Of a stretch of 64,000 nt of DNA, positions 33,054 through 40,488 are shown in pieces. Source of the DNA: a plasmid; the sequence record CP109674.1; one strand, given 5' to 3'. The position numbers and the translations under genes were made by a program. The notes below the pieces were generated by a model, which was not told the origin of the DNA, did no database searches, and saw only the letters and a list, made by a program, of their open reading frames with translations. Within the stretch, counting starts at the first letter, position 1. Every line of letters starts with the position of its first letter.

Positions 33054-33484
33054 CAGTACATCTCCCTCGGGCGGTGGATGATGTGCGTGACGACGCCAAA
33101 GATATCCAGATCGTCCGGGTCGGGATAAATCGGCGGCCAGGCGGCGTTCATTGGCTGCAGCGTCAGTCGTGGCGTCAGCAGAAGCCGTTTAACCGTAAAC
33201 TCCCCCTGCACACTGGCCACAACAATATCGCCGTGCCGGGGCTTCTCTGCACTGTCCACAACCAGCAGATCGCCATTGTAAAGGCTGCCGTCGGACATAC
33301 TGTCACCGCTGGCACGGAGATAGTAAGTCGCGCTCGGGTGCCGTATGCAGTAATCATGGAGATCCAGGTCGGACTCGACATAGTCAGCGGCAGGGCTCGG
33401 AAAACCGCAGCTGGCCAGGTCTGCAAACAACGGATGGGCCTGTGGCGGGAGTGCTTTCCCGGTGCTGAAAAGCTGCAGTTTCAT
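33053..33484 (-). CDS. umuD: UmuD/MucA-like LexA-type self-cleaving peptidase
   Basis: 143-aa ORF with a Cys-Gly cleavage region (ASCGFPS) and an S24 Ser/Lys dyad (GDSM...K). Confidence 0.85.
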   Translation of the reverse strand: MKLQLFSTGKALPPQAHPLFADLASCGFPSPAADYVESDLDLHDYCIRHPSATYYLRASGDSMSDGSLYNGDLLVVDSAEKPRHGDIVVASVQGEFTVKRLLLTPRLTLQPMNAAWPPIYPDPDDLDIFGVVTHIIHRPREMY

Positions 33485-33506
33485 CTTTCCTCCTGACGTC
33501 TAAATA

Positions 33507-33526
33507 TACTGGATATGCATACAGTA
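33507..33526. promoter_or_regulatory. LexA (SOS) box TACTGgatatgcataCAGTA upstream of umuD
   Basis: CTG-N10-CAG with flanking TA...TA, 23 bp upstream of the umuD start codon on the minus strand. Confidence 0.7.
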
Positions 33527-33566
33527 TATTTAACAGCGTGAGGATAATCCAGATCACCTGCTTCAT

Positions 33567-33712
33567 GAACAGGGTGAGTAACCTAAGTTACTCAAAATGC
33601 TATTTAATATCATTATGGGACATTTAAATTACTCATAATGAGAAGCATGGCTTTTATTTTGCCATTTTGCTCTTATAATATGTATCAAATTGAGTTTAAT
33701 TGACGGAGCATA
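33567..33712. promoter_or_regulatory. AT-rich candidate parC centromere/promoter region upstream of parM
   Basis: Repeated TTACTCAaAATG / TTACTCAtAATG motifs and the inverted repeat GAGTAACctaaGTTACTC lie in the 145 bp preceding parM. Confidence 0.35.
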
Positions 33713-34687
33713 ATGATGAATATTTACTGCGATGATGGTTCAACTAATGTTAAGCTGGCATGGTTTGAAGGAAACGAGCTGCAGACCCGGGTTTCAGCTA
33801 ACTCCTTCCGGCATGGCTGGAAAGTGGCGGAATTCAGTGCCGCAACGTTCAACTATCAGGTGGGCACGCTGAAATACACCTGGGACAGCGTCAGCCGGGA
33901 TGCCATCCCGACAACAAACGTGGAATACCAGTACGGTGATCTCAACCTGCTGGCCGTGCATCATGCCCTGCTGAACAGCGGACTTGAGCCGCAGCCGGTG
34001 AGCCTGACCGTGACGCTGCCCCTGAGCGAGTATTATGACGGGGACTGCCAGCGGAACGAGGAGAACATCCGACGCAAACGAGAAAACCTGATGCGTGAGC
34101 TGGTTCTGAATAAGGGCAGGGCATTTACCGTAACGGACGTGAAGGTGATGCCTGAATCACTGCCGGCGGCGTTCTCCCGTCTCGCGGAGCTGAAGCCCGG
34201 ACCCGCTGAGACCACCCTGATTATCGATCTCGGCGGAACCACGCTCGATGCCGGCGTGATTGTCGGACAGTTTGATGATATCAGTGCGGTACACGGCAAT
34301 CCGTCTGTCGGCGTGTCACAGGTCACCCGCGCAGCTGCAGGCGCGCTGCGGGCTGCAGACAGCGAAACCAGCGCGCTTATTGCTGACACGGTCATCCGCA
34401 ACCGCAATGATCGTCAGTATCTGCAGCGAGTGATCAACGATGCCGGAAAAATTGACGATGTTCTGAACAAAATTACAGAGGCAATCACTTCCCTGGGCGC
34501 GCGTGTCACCAGTGAGCTGACGGTCTTCAGGAGCGTTAACCGGGTATTCCTGGTCGGGGGAGGGGCATCCCTCATTGAAGAGGCTATCCGTCAGGCCTGG
34601 CCTCTGGCTCCTGACCGTATCGAGGTTATCGGCGATCCGCAGCTGGCGCTGGCCAGAGAGATTGCCCTTTACAATAAAGAGGACTAA
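33713..34687 (+). CDS. parM: Actin-like plasmid segregation ATPase ParM/StbA
   Basis: 324-aa ORF with an N-terminus (IYCDDGSTNVKLAW) and phosphate/adenosine motifs (IIDLGGTTLD, FLVGGGA) typical of ParM/StbA. Confidence 0.85.
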   Translation: MMNIYCDDGSTNVKLAWFEGNELQTRVSANSFRHGWKVAEFSAATFNYQVGTLKYTWDSVSRDAIPTTNVEYQYGDLNLLAVHHALLNSGLEPQPVSLTVTLPLSEYYDGDCQRNEENIRRKRENLMRELVLNKGRAFTVTDVKVMPESLPAAFSRLAELKPGPAETTLIIDLGGTTLDAGVIVGQFDDISAVHGNPSVGVSQVTRAAAGALRAADSETSALIADTVIRNRNDRQYLQRVINDAGKIDDVLNKITEAITSLGARVTSELTVFRSVNRVFLVGGGASLIEEAIRQAWPLAPDRIEVIGDPQLALAREIALYNKED

Positions 34688-34689
34688 AC

Positions 34690-35352
34690 GTGCCGGACGG
34701 CCAGTATTCTTTCTATCTGCACAGCGACGATCGCACCGACATCACGGCGATGGCGACCATCAGCACCATCTCACAGCCCCTGCGCGGTGACTTCATCCGG
34801 ACCGCCGCCACCGCCGGGGCGGTGATGTACCAGACGGATGCCCGTTTACCGGCGCTGATCCCGGTGTTCTTTGACGGACATCTGAGTGCCATCCGGCTTT
34901 GTGCCGTGATGGCCCTGGTATCCGGCACCTGGTCTTCACTCTCAGGACTTCCTGATGAGCCTGATGGTGGCGTGGCTGCTCTGGCCATGTCACCGGAGAC
35001 GGAATACCAGCGCCGGCGTTACACCCTGACGCTTCAGGATGACCGGAGCAGTGAACGGGTTGAGCGTGTGCTGACGGGCGTGTCATCCCGCCTGCGCGGA
35101 GAGCTGCTGAGAAACCTGATTATCACCGGTCTGGCCCTGCATACGACTGCACCGGAGCTGCCGCGTCTGCTGGCCAGTATGCCGGTACCGCCCGGCACGG
35201 TCAGCGAGCTGCAGGTTCTGGTTCAGCAGATGGCTGGTACGGCTGACGTGAGTATGGCTGCAGTGCCGGAGAAACCAGCGGAGCCTGCCGCACCGGTATC
35301 CGCTGAAGCGACCAGCATAAAGAAAAATATGCGCCGGGCATTCGGAGACTAG
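34690..35352 (+). CDS. Putative ParR/StbB-like partner protein (220 aa)
   Basis: Starts 3 bp after the parM stop and has an Ala/Pro-rich C-terminal tail. It is longer than classical ParR, so the assignment is by position only. Confidence 0.4.
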   Translation: MPDGQYSFYLHSDDRTDITAMATISTISQPLRGDFIRTAATAGAVMYQTDARLPALIPVFFDGHLSAIRLCAVMALVSGTWSSLSGLPDEPDGGVAALAMSPETEYQRRRYTLTLQDDRSSERVERVLTGVSSRLRGELLRNLIITGLALHTTAPELPRLLASMPVPPGTVSELQVLVQQMAGTADVSMAAVPEKPAEPAAPVSAEATSIKKNMRRAFGD

Positions 35353-35355
35353 AGC

Positions 35356-35619
35356 ATGTCAGTGATTAAACAAAAAGCAGTGCAGTGCATTCATAACTTT
35401 CTGCGCGCCCGGAACGTGCCTGAATCTCAGTGGCCGGAACGGGTCAAAAAGACCGGCAGGGGAATGATACTGGCAGGCGTGGCCGTCGTGGTTCCTGGCG
35501 TTCTGGTTGATAACATCTCACTGCCGGTGACAATCGCGATGCAGGTCTGCTATGCCTCACTGATCGGCCTCGGGGTTCTCTTGGCGTTTGACAAGAAAAA
35601 ACCAGAGGGGCGGGGATGA
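35356..35619 (+). CDS. Hypothetical small membrane protein (87 aa)
   Basis: ORF with two predicted hydrophobic helices, tightly spaced after the preceding gene. Confidence 0.35.
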   Translation: MSVIKQKAVQCIHNFLRARNVPESQWPERVKKTGRGMILAGVAVVVPGVLVDNISLPVTIAMQVCYASLIGLGVLLAFDKKKPEGRG

Positions 35620-35647
35620 ATATGAACATTAACCTGAAGGAAACAGT

Positions 35648-35851
35648 ATGCTGCTTGAAGAACTGACAGGAGACGAACGTACGCTGGTCGTTGTGGCACT
35701 GCAGGCGTTGTTCCGCGAGAGATTATCCGCATCAAATGCCGTCTTTACGGTATGTAGCCTGTCCGGAAAAGAGCAGCCGCCGGAAGATATTTTTGGGCTG
35801 CGTGAAGTAGAGGATGCGCTGAGACGTATTGGTGCAGCTCCTGCGCGTTAA
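35648..35851 (+). CDS. Hypothetical protein (67 aa)
   Basis: ORF only. Confidence 0.3.
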   Translation: MLLEELTGDERTLVVVALQALFRERLSASNAVFTVCSLSGKEQPPEDIFGLREVEDALRRIGAAPAR

Positions 35852-36002
35852 ATCCGGTCCCGTACACTTCAGAAAAAAACGGCAGGGTGACATCTCATCC
35901 CTGCCGTCAAAACTAAACGCTTAATTTTTCGGCGATTATAATGTATTGTTTTGTGATGTAAATCACATTTTAATTTAATGTGAAATTTTTCCTCCGCTTT
36001 AC

Positions 36003-36207
36003 ATCTCCCGTAAAAAATTACCCGCCGTGCCTTCACGCTAACCCGGCCGCTGCGGTCGCAAGGGTTCACGTTGTCTCCGTCCTCACCCGTTCGCGCCCTG
36101 CACGGTGCATTCAGCCCGTGAAGGGCTTGCGCTGCGGCTTCGGCGTCGCCCTGGCGTCCTCCGCTTTACGCCGTGTTTTTGTGGCGGCACGGCGCAAGAG
36201 GGTGCCG
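36003..36207. repeat. GC-rich structured repeat, copy A (~190-205 bp), ending 19 bp before the ATG at 36226
   Basis: About 92% identical to copy B at 37008..37193. It contains several inverted repeats (CCGTGCC...GGCACGG; GCCTTCACG...CGTGAAGG; GCCGCTGCGG...CTGCGGC). Confidence 0.7.
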
Positions 36208-36225
36208 GATGCTGAGGACACAACC

Positions 36226-36693
36226 ATGTTCAGACTGACCTGTATTGAACTCGATAACGGCGAGTTTGCCGTCTATATCAATCACCATTACCTGGGGAGT
36301 GAAGATGCCAGCGGAGAGCGACTTTCTCTGGGGGAGGTTCTGGAGCAGCTCTCCCTGCTGCCGGGCGTGGAATTACAGACCCTGCTGGAACCCGTACCGG
36401 AGTGCGATGACTGGTGCTGGAACGACATCGCTGATCGCGTCCTGCCGTCGCGTCCTGCATGTCGTGATGATGTGACGGTGGCAGGGCTCATCGCCAGGCT
36501 GAAGCAGTACCCACCGGATGCACTGTGTATGGGGACGTTCTGGCTGGAAGATGATTTTCTGTCCCTCGATGGCAGTCTGTCGGAGGAGGAAATTGCAGAA
36601 GCCATGCGTATCTGCGACCACAGCCACGATGCAGGCATCGGTTTTAACTGGGACACGCTGCAGTTCGCTATCGACCACGTGAAGGGGCGCTAA
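36226..36693 (+). CDS. Hypothetical protein (155 aa), first gene behind repeat copy A
   Basis: The likely start is MFRLTCIELDNGEF, internal to ORF 35980..36693. No recognised family. Confidence 0.5.
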   Translation: MFRLTCIELDNGEFAVYINHHYLGSEDASGERLSLGEVLEQLSLLPGVELQTLLEPVPECDDWCWNDIADRVLPSRPACRDDVTVAGLIARLKQYPPDALCMGTFWLEDDFLSLDGSLSEEEIAEAMRICDHSHDAGIGFNWDTLQFAIDHVKGR

Positions 36694-36702
36694 AAAAAAG
36701 GA

Positions 36703-36735
36703 CACCTTCCGGGGAGGGGTGTCCTGAAATGTGTC
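36703..36735. terminator. Hairpin A8-GGACACCttccggggaggGGTGTCC (terminator-like on minus strand)
   Basis: A perfect 7-bp stem is preceded by eight A on the plus strand, which reads as hairpin plus eight U on the minus strand. A paralogous hairpin with compensatory stem changes lies at 36828..36862. Confidence 0.4.
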
Positions 36736-36827
36736 ATATTCGTTGTAAGTGAAAACCCATCAGATGTTTTCGGCACAGATAATTGCACAATCGCTGCCTT
36801 TTTTCACCTGCCATATATCCGACTCAA

Positions 36828-36862
36828 AAAAAAGACGTCTCCGGTTGGGGACGTCCTGAAAT
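36828..36862. terminator. Hairpin A8-GACGTCTCCggttGGGGACGTC (paralogue of the 36703 hairpin)
   Basis: It has the same architecture (A8, stem, loop, stem, CTGAAAT), but the stem sequence differs while staying complementary. This is covariation. Confidence 0.4.
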
Positions 36863-37007
36863 CAAAGGCACACATGTCAGATAACGGCGCGAATCCATTA
36901 TCAGTGTGCATTCTGCCATACACTCACGGACTCATCAGCTACCAGAACCGGTACCGAAGGATGTCGGTTCCCTCCGCCTTATTGCCGCCAGCCGGCGGCG
37001 TGTTCAA

Positions 37008-37193
37008 CGCCGTGCCTTCACGCTAACCCGGCCGCTGCGGTCGCAAGGGTTCACGTTGTCTCCGTCCTCACCCGTTCGCACCTTTCACGGTGCATTCAGC
37101 CCGTGAAAGGCTTGCGCTGCGGCTTGCGGCGTCGCCCCTGCGCCCTCCGCTTTTCGCCGGGTTTTTGTGGCGGCACGGCGCAAGAGGGTGCCG
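37008..37193. repeat. GC-rich structured repeat, copy B, ending 22 bp before the methyltransferase ATG at 37216
   Basis: See copy A. Identity extends from CGCCGTGCCTTCACGCTAACCCGGCCGCTGCGGTCGCAAGGGTTCACG through GTTTTTGTGGCGGCACGGCGCAAGAGGGTGCCG. Confidence 0.7.
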
Positions 37194-37215
37194 CATATCA
37201 GAGAGGAGTGTGTCT

Positions 37216-37908
37216 ATGTCCCGTTTTATTCTGGGTGACTGCGTGCAGGTGATGTCCCGTTTTCCGGCGCGTGCCGTCGATTTTATTCTTACCGACCCAC
37301 CGTACCTGGTTGGCTATAAGGACCGTACCGGCCGCACCCTGGCCGGGGACAACTCTTCCGAATGGCTCCAGCCCGCCTGTCATGAAATGTACCGCGTGCT
37401 GAAAAATGACAGCCTCATGGTGAGTTTCTATGCCTGGAACCGCGCGGATCTGTTTCTGAATGCGTGGAAAACGGCCGGTTTCAGGGTGGTTGGCCATATC
37501 GTCTTTGCCAAGAGCTACGCCTCAAAATCGACGTTCGTGGGTTACACCCATGAGAGTGCCTACCTGCTGGCAAAGGGAAGGCCGCAAACCCCGGACCGTC
37601 CCATCCCGGACGTGATCCCCTGGAAATACACGGGCAACCGACATCACCCGACGGAGAAGCCGGTGCAGAGCCTGCGGCCGCTGATTGAATCGCTCACGCG
37701 TCCGGGGGCTATTGTCCTTGACCCGTTCGCCGGCAGCGGCTCCACCTGCGTGGCCGCCGCCGAAGCCAGCCGCCGCTATATCGGGATCGAGATGCTTGAG
37801 CAGTACCACGCCGCCGGCGTTCGACGTCTGGCACAGGTTGAACGGGCAAGAAGGATGCCGGCGGCCAATGACGGCGCGTTTTACCCCGACTATCCGGAGG
37901 CGGCATGA
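37216..37908 (+). CDS. Orphan N6-adenine/N4-cytosine DNA methyltransferase (N6_N4_Mtase family)
   Basis: The likely start is MSRFILGDC, internal to ORF 37090..37908, with a GAGAGGAG ribosome-binding site. It has the motif IV DPPY (LTDPPYLVGY), an AdoMet-binding motif I (LDPFAGSGST) and a ParB-less Dam/M.EcoPI-like beta-class order. No restriction partner is adjacent. Confidence 0.85.
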   Translation: MSRFILGDCVQVMSRFPARAVDFILTDPPYLVGYKDRTGRTLAGDNSSEWLQPACHEMYRVLKNDSLMVSFYAWNRADLFLNAWKTAGFRVVGHIVFAKSYASKSTFVGYTHESAYLLAKGRPQTPDRPIPDVIPWKYTGNRHHPTEKPVQSLRPLIESLTRPGAIVLDPFAGSGSTCVAAAEASRRYIGIEMLEQYHAAGVRRLAQVERARRMPAANDGAFYPDYPEAA

Positions 37909-38126
37909 ACTACCCGGGCCTTGAAAACCTGCGCGCGGACGTGGCCGCGCTCAGCAATGCCATGTGTGACGTGCGGATGCTGCTGAACCGCCTCGAATCG
38001 CAGCACCGGCACGACGCGGCAACGCTTACCGAACGTATGGCTGCGCAGACTCTGCGCCGGATCAACACCCTGCTTCTTGAAGCCTACCGCGAAGCCCTGG
38101 TGCTGGACGAAACCTTTCAGGACTGA
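37905..38126 (+). CDS. Hypothetical protein (73 aa), translationally coupled to the methyltransferase (ATGA overlap)
   Basis: ORF only. Predicted helical. Confidence 0.4.
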   Translation: MNYPGLENLRADVAALSNAMCDVRMLLNRLESQHRHDAATLTERMAAQTLRRINTLLLEAYREALVLDETFQD

Positions 38127-38181
38127 CTGACCCTGCCGGGCTGATGCCCGGTCTGTAACCCCTTACAAGAGAGAACAAACG

Positions 38182-38559
38182 ATGTACGGAACCCGCGAAG
38201 AACTTTGTGTACAGCTTGAAAACATGTTCACGTTTGACGAACCCCTGGTCCTGCTGGTCTGGACGGAAGAGGGGATTAGCGTGGCCTGCCGTGAAGCCCA
38301 GCCAGAACCGGACGGGGCTGAAATCCGGAATCTGATGAAGGCGATCGGCGAAATGAAAATGACGCAATACCGCCAGGAGGGGGTAAATAATCTGACTGTC
38401 AGCGATCTCCTGGCCCGTCAGCGGGAAGCGGCAAACCGTCAGGTGAGTGTTCCGGCGGTACTCCTGCCCCGCGTCCTGCGTAACTATGAATGTGAGCTGG
38501 AAAACCGGATCGGTATGGCCTGGGAACCGGAATGGGGTTATCTACCATTGACTGATTAA
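38182..38559 (+). CDS. Hypothetical protein (125 aa)
   Basis: ORF only. Its 3' 160 bp overlaps the extended 3' end of the convergent SDR ORF. Confidence 0.45.
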   Translation: MYGTREELCVQLENMFTFDEPLVLLVWTEEGISVACREAQPEPDGAEIRNLMKAIGEMKMTQYRQEGVNNLTVSDLLARQREAANRQVSVPAVLLPRVLRNYECELENRIGMAWEPEWGYLPLTD

Positions 38560-39280
38560 ACGCGTTCACCATCTCGTGTTCGTTCACACCCGGATTCGCA
38601 CGTGCAGGGAGCACACTATCTACAATCACTTCAATGGAATCTGTCGCCAGTTTGTCAAAAGTTTGCTGGATAAAATCAGCTACCGGCATCGCACGGGAAT
38701 CACCGCTTTTGTAGATCAAATCGGTATCGACCCAAGGCGGTGAAATCTCGATCACATTCACACCGGCATCGCGCAGTAAAAAACGCTGCGACAGGGTATA
38801 AGAATGAATCGCTGCTTTGGTTGCTGAGTAGAGTGCATTCGTCACCAAGGGTAAAAAAGCCAGAATCGAACTGTTGTTGATCAATACCGCATCCGGTTGT
38901 TGTTTCAGGTGCTCAACAAAGGCTGAACTGACCCGAACAGTGCCCAACAGGTTCGTGTCCAGTAAGGTGGTGGCCATATCGTCATCCAGTTCGGCAGCTG
39001 GATTATCGAAGGGCATAATGCCAGCGTTATTGATCACCACATTCAGGGCCGGATAGCGGGAGAGCACCTCTTTCGCCGCCGATTTAATGCTGGATACATC
39101 GGTGACATCCAGTACCACGGAATCCATTCCCGGATTGGCGGACGTAACCGTGTCAAGAAGAGCTTTACGACGGCCTGAAATGATCACCTGATTACCCATT
39201 TGATGAAATTTTTCTGCCATCTCGCGGCCAATACCCGACGTGCCGCCAGTGATAAAAATAGTGTTGCTTGTCAGTTTCAT
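38399..39280 (-). CDS. SDR-family oxidoreductase; 3' end apparently fused to foreign sequence (abnormally long C-terminal tail)
   Basis: The start is MKLTSNTIFITGGTSGIGR (TGxxxGxG) with a YxxxK catalytic motif. After about residue 245 the reading frame continues for about 50 low-complexity codons antisense to the 125-aa ORF. Confidence 0.65.
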   Translation of the reverse strand: MKLTSNTIFITGGTSGIGREMAEKFHQMGNQVIISGRRKALLDTVTSANPGMDSVVLDVTDVSSIKSAAKEVLSRYPALNVVINNAGIMPFDNPAAELDDDMATTLLDTNLLGTVRVSSAFVEHLKQQPDAVLINNSSILAFLPLVTNALYSATKAAIHSYTLSQRFLLRDAGVNVIEISPPWVDTDLIYKSGDSRAMPVADFIQQTFDKLATDSIEVIVDSVLPARANPGVNEHEMVNAFNQSMVDNPIPVPRPYRSGFPAHIHSYAGRGAGVPPEHSPDGLPLPADGPGDR

Positions 39281-39309
39281 ACGGTTATTCCTGTTGGCTA
39301 AATACAAGG

Positions 39310-40125
39310 CTAGTGAGTAAGTCCGGCACGATAACGGCCGGCGGGTACATTGCTGGAGAGGTGCGGGATCATAGCCTGGCGACTACTTTCCATCGCCTGC
39401 CAGTAAGCTTCGTTATGCAGTGACGGGATGGTGACAAATTCCCCGTTAAGAAAACCCGTAAGCGCCGCGTCCACCAGATCGTAAGCGCTCATTACTATTG
39501 ACTTATCGAGTTGGTCAAGGGGTAAACCACCGTTATCCCAGAACGGCGTTGCTGTCGCGCCCGGCAGCACGGCCTGAAAATGGATGCCCTTTTCAGAGAG
39601 TTCATGATGCAGTGACTGAGTGAATGCCAGAACAAAGGCTTTTGTGCCGCCGTACACGCCGTTAAGCAGTTCCGGCGCAAGGCTGACAATCGATGAGATA
39701 TTGATGATGGCACCCACACCTCGCGCGACAAATCCGGGAACCACGCTGTAAGTCAGACGGGTCAGAGCAACGACATTGAGATTAATCATCGCCTGCATTT
39801 GATCGACATCGCTCGACAACAACGGCGTATGAGTTCCGACACCGGCATTGTTCACCAGGAGAGTAATGCTGGCATCGGCACGCAGTTTTTTCTCCAGAGC
39901 AGCAAGCTGTTGGGCATCACCCAGATCGGTTGCCAGCACTTCCACATTGCGGGCGGTGTCAGCAGTGATGTGACTCGCCATCTGATTTAGGCGGTTATGA
40001 TTACGGGCGATAATGGTAAGGTCGTATCCCATGCGCGCCAGTCGACTGGCGTAAACGGCACCGATGCCGGTGGATGCACCAGTGATTACGGCAGTGCCTT
40101 TACCCGGTTGTGTTGCGACACTCAT
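39310..40125 (-). CDS. SDR-family NAD(P)-dependent oxidoreductase
   Basis: 271-aa ORF with TGASTGIG, NNAG and YGGTK motifs. Confidence 0.85.
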   Translation of the reverse strand: MSVATQPGKGTAVITGASTGIGAVYASRLARMGYDLTIIARNHNRLNQMASHITADTARNVEVLATDLGDAQQLAALEKKLRADASITLLVNNAGVGTHTPLLSSDVDQMQAMINLNVVALTRLTYSVVPGFVARGVGAIINISSIVSLAPELLNGVYGGTKAFVLAFTQSLHHELSEKGIHFQAVLPGATATPFWDNGGLPLDQLDKSIVMSAYDLVDAALTGFLNGEFVTIPSLHNEAYWQAMESSRQAMIPHLSSNVPAGRYRAGLTH

Positions 40126-40488
40126 TGCAGACTCCTTTCGATCACCATTGATTCGATGAGAGAATCATAAGTGAGAAAGAAATGTCGTAAATGACAATTA
40201 TGGTAGTTATTTAGGACATTGCGTATTTCTGTTCAAGTAACGGGCAGGAGAGAAAGTAACTATCGGGCTGCGGTTTCATTTCAGACACATAAGACTACTT
40301 ACGGTGTGTAGTAATGTCCGCTCCTGGCACGGAGCGGACCAGCTAACTGAGCTGAAGGTCCGCTGTGAGCGAAAAGCGGACATCCAAGAATTGATGAAAA
40401 GTACAACATCTTCAGGTAATAAATAAATTTCGCCGAAATAATGTAATTACCGACCCGAAGGCCGGTAATTGTTAACACTGATAACCTT

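Noticed and set aside
35980-36225. N-terminal 82 codons of ORF 35980..36693
   Set aside because: This part of the ORF is the GC-rich structured repeat (copy A). The same repeat upstream of the methylase is not in frame with that gene, so coding is unlikely.
37090-37215. N-terminal 42 codons of the methyltransferase ORF
   Set aside because: They lie within repeat copy B. A ribosome-binding site plus ATG at 37216 gives a conventional methyltransferase N-terminus.
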